This document shows positions 1 to 3,900 of a stretch of DNA of 5,545 nt, piece by piece (position 1 is the first letter of the stretch; the number at the start of each line of letters is the position of its first letter). The stretch is taken from positions 1 through 5,545 of the forward strand of contig CAIWXP010000156.1 of NCBI GenBank assembly GCA_903916665.1. The letters are read 5' to 3'. A program made the position numbers and the translations under genes. A model generated the notes under the pieces. It was not told the DNA's origin. It made no database searches and worked only from the letters and a program-made list of their open reading frames with translations. This stretch comes from Candidatus Iainarchaeum sp. (GTDB lineage Archaea > Iainarchaeota > Iainarchaeia > Iainarchaeales > 0-14-0-20-30-16).

Positions 1-25
1 GTGTATTTATGACCAATTATAATTA

Positions 26-44
26 TTTTATTAAAAATTATAAT
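26..44 (+). promoter_or_regulatory. Possible promoter / TATA-like A+T run upstream of the KaiC-like gene
   Basis: TTTTATTAAAAATTATAAT lies 30-48 nt upstream of the ATG at 74 and contains a TATAAT hexamer at 39-44. No clear Shine-Dalgarno precedes the ATG, so a short or absent leader is possible. The leader is nearly pure A/T, so the call is weak. Confidence 0.2.
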
Positions 45-73
45 AGATTCTTAAAAATGAAAATGGTATTTTT

Positions 74-775
74 ATGGTAGATAAATTAGTTAGAATCCCT
101 TCTGGTATCCAAGGATTAGACGAATTAATCGAAGGCGGCTTTGAAAAAGGATCTACAATATTAACTTTAGGAACGCCAGGAGCAGGAAAAACTACCTTTG
201 CTCTACAGTATTTATACTACGGGGCAATAAAATATAAAGAACCAGGAATATTTATTACCTTTGATGAATCTAAAGAAGCTCTATTAAAACATCATTTGGA
301 GTATGGTTGGGATTTTGAAGATTTAGAAAAGAAAGGACTATTTTTAGTTTTAGAATATAGGCCACACCAAGTAAATAAATTATTAGAAGAGGGTGGAGGC
401 ATAATTAAAGATGCAATTAAATCTTTAGGTGCCAAAAGATTAGTTATTGATTCAGTAACAGGCTATTCTTTATTATTTAAAGACGAATATCAAAAAAGAG
501 AGAGTATTGTTGATTTATTTGAGCTATTAAAAAAGTGGGGCACAACCACATTAATTACTTCGGAAGATAGTTCTGCAAATAATACTGTTGTTGCTGGTGG
601 AGTAGATTATTTAGCAGATTCCATAATTCAATTAAGATATGAAGCAAATGGCAAAAATATAAATAAACAACACGTAATGGAAATAATGAAGATGCGTGGA
701 ACAAAACATACAAATAAGATTTGTCCTTTTTCGTTTGATGCTCACGGTTTGAGAATCTTCTCAGATTTAATTTAA
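74..775 (+). CDS. Single-domain KaiC-like / RecA-superfamily P-loop ATPase (COG0467-type)
   Basis: 233-aa ORF bounded upstream by an in-frame TAG at 44-46, with its first ATG at 74. By-eye similarity to the KaiC CI domain runs end to end: IPSGIQGLDELIEGG; Walker A GTPGAGKTT; EPGIFITFDES (KaiC EPGVFVTFEET); YGWDFEDLEKKGLFLVLE (KaiC FGWDLAKLVDEGKLFILD); Walker B RLVIDSVT; and MEIMKMRGTKHTNKICPFSFDAHGLRIF (KaiC LEILKLRGTSHMKGEYPFTITDHGINIF). One RecA-like domain only, as is typical of archaeal KaiC homologues. Confidence 0.9.
   Translation: MVDKLVRIPSGIQGLDELIEGGFEKGSTILTLGTPGAGKTTFALQYLYYGAIKYKEPGIFITFDESKEALLKHHLEYGWDFEDLEKKGLFLVLEYRPHQVNKLLEEGGGIIKDAIKSLGAKRLVIDSVTGYSLLFKDEYQKRESIVDLFELLKKWGTTTLITSEDSSANNTVVAGGVDYLADSIIQLRYEANGKNINKQHVMEIMKMRGTKHTNKICPFSFDAHGLRIFSDLI
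170..196 (+). other. Walker A / P-loop (GTPGAGKTT, aa 33-41) of the KaiC-like ATPase
   Basis: Codons gga acg cca gga gca gga aaa act acc encode the GxxGxGKT/S motif. Confidence 0.9.
437..454 (+). other. Walker B-like strand (RLVIDS, aa 122-127; Asp126)
   Basis: A hydrophobic strand ending in Asp, at the position equivalent to KaiC RVSIDS. The catalytic-carboxylate pair TFDE sits at nt 257-268. Confidence 0.75.
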
Positions 776-780
776 TGGGC

Positions 781-790
781 CTTTTTATTT
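781..790 (+). terminator. Possible oligo-T termination signal after the KaiC-like gene
   Basis: CTTTTTATTT begins 6 nt after the TAA stop (773-775). No G+C-rich stem precedes it, so it would be an archaeal-style T-tract terminator rather than a bacterial intrinsic hairpin. Read-through into gene 2 cannot be excluded. Confidence 0.3.
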
Positions 791-803
791 AATTAAAAAC
801 GAA

Positions 804-818
804 ATATATATATATATA
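804..818 (+). promoter_or_regulatory. (AT)7 dinucleotide tract / TATA-box-like element upstream of the giant ORF
   Basis: ATATATATATATATA lies 31-45 nt upstream of the ATG at 849. An archaeal TATA box here would put the transcription start around 835-842, just at or before the GGTGA ribosome-binding site. The near-palindrome AAATAGCCTATTT (818-830) follows. Confidence 0.35.
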
Positions 819-839
819 AATAGCCTATTTTTACAATCC

Positions 840-844
840 GGTGA
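840..844 (+). promoter_or_regulatory. Shine-Dalgarno-like ribosome-binding site (GGTGA)
   Basis: GGTGA is complementary to the conserved ..UCACC.. near the 16S rRNA 3' end, with a 4-nt spacer (ATTT) to the ATG at 849. It is the only G-rich pentamer in the spacer. Confidence 0.55.
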
Positions 845-848
845 ATTT

Positions 849-932
849 ATGTTTTTTAAAAAATTAATTGCTTTTTTATTTTTACTATGTTTTTTAATTA
901 CAACAGTTAACCAATTGAGCTCAATCTATGCG
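849..932 (+). other. Sec-type (type I) signal peptide, predicted cleavage after IYA (aa 28)
   Basis: MFFKK (positive n-region), LIAFLFLLCFLITTV (hydrophobic h-region), NQLSSIYA|QD (polar c-region with small residues at -1 and an A-x-A-like site). Confidence 0.75.
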
Positions 933-3900
933 CAGGATATTCCTGTAACAGTATATGTTGGTACAGAAGGTCCAACGATTGTTTCAGAACAAATATGTTA
1001 TTTGGGAACCTGTGCAAATTATCAAACAATAGATCCAGGTTCACAATTTACTTTAAAAATTCATTTAACAGATATTAATGGTTATTCGGATTTAAATTTT
1101 AATTCTGCAGTTTTACAATTATATTTAAGTACTGATACAAATAATGAAAATGTATTAAATTGGGATCATATAGTTTTAAAACCTAGTAATGATACATTGC
1201 ATTTTAATAATAGGGATGGTTGTATTCAAACAACAGATTATTATTGTTTTAATTTTGATTCAAATTATTGGACAGTTAAATTTGATAAAGGTGCAACAAA
1301 ATTATTTTTTAAAATATTAGATAATGAAGGTAATGAAACAGTTAGTGAATTATCCTACAATGAATTTTCGAGTGGAATTTATGTGAATCAATTTGTTAAT
1401 TTACATGTTGATGCATCAAGCATAACCTATTCTGGGAATCCAGGAAGTACTGTTCCAGCAAATACAAATTTAGATAAAAATTATTTATATTTAACAAATA
1501 CAGGAAATGTGGATTTAAATTTTACTGCTGCACAGAGCGATTTAAATTCAGGAACAAATACAATTTTGGCAAGCAATGTTTTTATAAGAAGTAATAGCAA
1601 TGATAATTCTGTGCATAGTGGAAATTATGCATTATTATTAGCAGGTAATAATGGTCTTCTTGATAATACAATTGTTCAACCAATAAACGGATTAACTTTT
1701 GGAAATTTATATAATTTTAGTTTTTATGCAAAATCCAATGATGATGCAAAATTAGATTATTTATATATTAATGGTTTTACTGAAAACCCTAAATTATGGG
1801 ATTTTAATAGTCATAGTTGGACAGATATGGAACCCGCATTAAAAATATACTATGAATCAGATTTTAATTCCTGGGTTGGAAATATTCCCGATGGTTGGGA
1901 AGAATCAAGTACGGATGGAAGTCCTATATTTCAATCCATATCAGATCCTTTAAAATATCACAACGCTCCCTTTTCTTTAAAAATAACAAGTGGTGAGCCA
2001 GGCCAGGGAGGAATTATAAGAAGATATATTTCAAATATGTCAACAGATACTAATTATACTTTATCCTATTGGGCAAGAGGTGAAAATGGAGGCGAATCAA
2101 CAACATTATATTTATTAAATTCTGATAATAATGAAATATGGTTTTTTACTGGTGATGATGCAAATAGTTGGCAATCCTATTTAGGAGGTATACCTCCTAG
2201 TGGTGCACTATTAACAACATCATTATCAACTAATTTCCAACAAATAACTACAACTTTTATTTCTCCTTCAACTAGTGGGGGAAATGTGCAAGTAAATATA
2301 ATTGGCGAAGTGCAAAATGGTTTTGCGAGTGTTTATATTGATGATTTTGAATTGGCAGATATGGATAGATTTCCATCAGGTAATCAAATTAAAAGTTATA
2401 ATTTAAATGATAATTATAATCAATTTTCAGATGTAATTTCTGCACCAGAAAATGGAATAATAATTCCTTTAATTGCAAATGATAGAGCTGATACTAATAT
2501 GTATGTTGATAATGCATTTTTCGGAACTTTTATTCCAACAGCTTCTACCAATTTAATAGATAATTTTGGTTTAGAAAATTGGTCTCCAATATATATGCCA
2601 GATAATTGGATGAGTATGATTGGAGCACCCTACGATCCAACAAGAACAACAGAATCTTTTGACGGCAACTATGCATTAAAAACAAATGGTAGTAATACAA
2701 ATTTAATAATGTCATCATCAATATTTGCAAATGAAGTTTCGGGGTTAAAAGAAGATGATAATTATATTGGAAGTTTGTACGCAAAAACAAGTTCTAATGG
2801 GAATGTTGTTGTTGCATATTTGGATGGTAATGATATTTGGAATTTTGATACTCATAGTTGGGTTAGACAAGTAAATGGAGAGCCACCATCATCAGAAATT
2901 TATACGATTACTGGTTTGAGTTCTAGCTATGGTCAAAAAATTATTCCCTATGTTACTGTTGCACCAGTTGGACAGATTATGATGATTGTGGGTTCAAACA
3001 ATGATAATGTTTATATTGATAATGTAAATTTACAAAAAGATGGTTCTGGAGATAATATTTTATCCAATGGTAATTTTGAAAATTGGTCTTTAACTGGTAA
3101 TTCATTGGATGGTTTTAATATGTTGGCAAATAATGGAAATGAAATTGCCCAGGAGACAAATCCTAATAATGTTCATTCAGGGTCTAGTGCAGTTAGAATG
3201 TACGGTCCCAATGATGGTCCTGATATTTTAACCTATACAAAAACAGGACTAACTCCTGGTGCAGAATATAATTTTAGCTATTGGGCAAAAACAGATACAA
3301 ATGTAAACCTGGGTGTTGTTTTTGTTAATGGTCAATTTAATAGTGATGATTTAAATATTTTTAATAAAACAACTAGACAATGGGAACATTTTAATTCTAA
3401 TGATGGTCCTGGTGTGGGGATGGACTCTTCATTGTTAGATGATAATTATAAAAATTATATTGTTAATTTTAATGTTATTGTTCCTCCAACAGGAATATTA
3501 ACTGTTGCAATTTTTGGAAGTAGAGATGGAAATATTTATTTGGATGATTTAAGTTTATATTCTAGTAATCCCTCTGGTAATCTAGGATCAAATATTTTAC
3601 AAAATGCAGATTTTGAAGATTGGAATTCAAATGTTCCTTTGAATTGGGTTATGAGTAATAGTGATAGTGATAGTTCAAGTTCTAATACTATTCAACAAAC
3701 CTCTCCTGGAAATGATAGTAATAGTGCAATTAAATTAATTTCATCTGGGCAAGATAATCCAGCCTATATTTCTCAAGATGTAACTGGATTAACTCCAGAT
3801 AGTAATTATATAACTAATTTTTATGGAAGAACTGATTCAAATAATTCAATAGCAGTAGTATATATGGCATTTAATGGTAATCATCAATATTATTGGGATT

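Noticed and set aside
15-44. AATTATAAT repeated at 15-23 and 36-44 (21-bp spacing; the first copy is part of the palindrome AATTATAATT), a possible operator pair
   Set aside because: The leader is almost pure A/T, so recurrence of a 9-mer and short palindromes is expected by chance. No independent support.
773-800. Rho-independent hairpin terminator after gene 1
   Set aside because: I could not find a G+C-containing stem. Only TGGGCC followed by T5 and the A/T palindrome TTTAATTAAA are present. The region is therefore listed only as a low-confidence T-tract signal.
849-932. Possible lipoprotein signal (Cys14 in the signal peptide)
   Set aside because: The Cys sits mid h-region in FLLCF. There is no L-[AS]-[GA]-C lipobox, and a good type I site (IYA|QD) follows. 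A standard Sec signal is more likely.
2545-2790. 81-aa ORF on the minus strand
   Set aside because: It lies entirely antisense to a strongly supported, motif-rich + strand CDS. Its product is Leu/Asn/Tyr-rich low complexity, as expected from reading AT-rich coding DNA backwards. It has no ribosome-binding site and no recognisable motif.
3660-3674. AGTGAT hexanucleotide mini-repeat (AGTGATAGTGATAGT) encoding SDSDS in module E
   Set aside because: With only 2.5 units it is too short to call a slippage-prone microsatellite. It is simply part of a Ser/Asp-rich surface loop.
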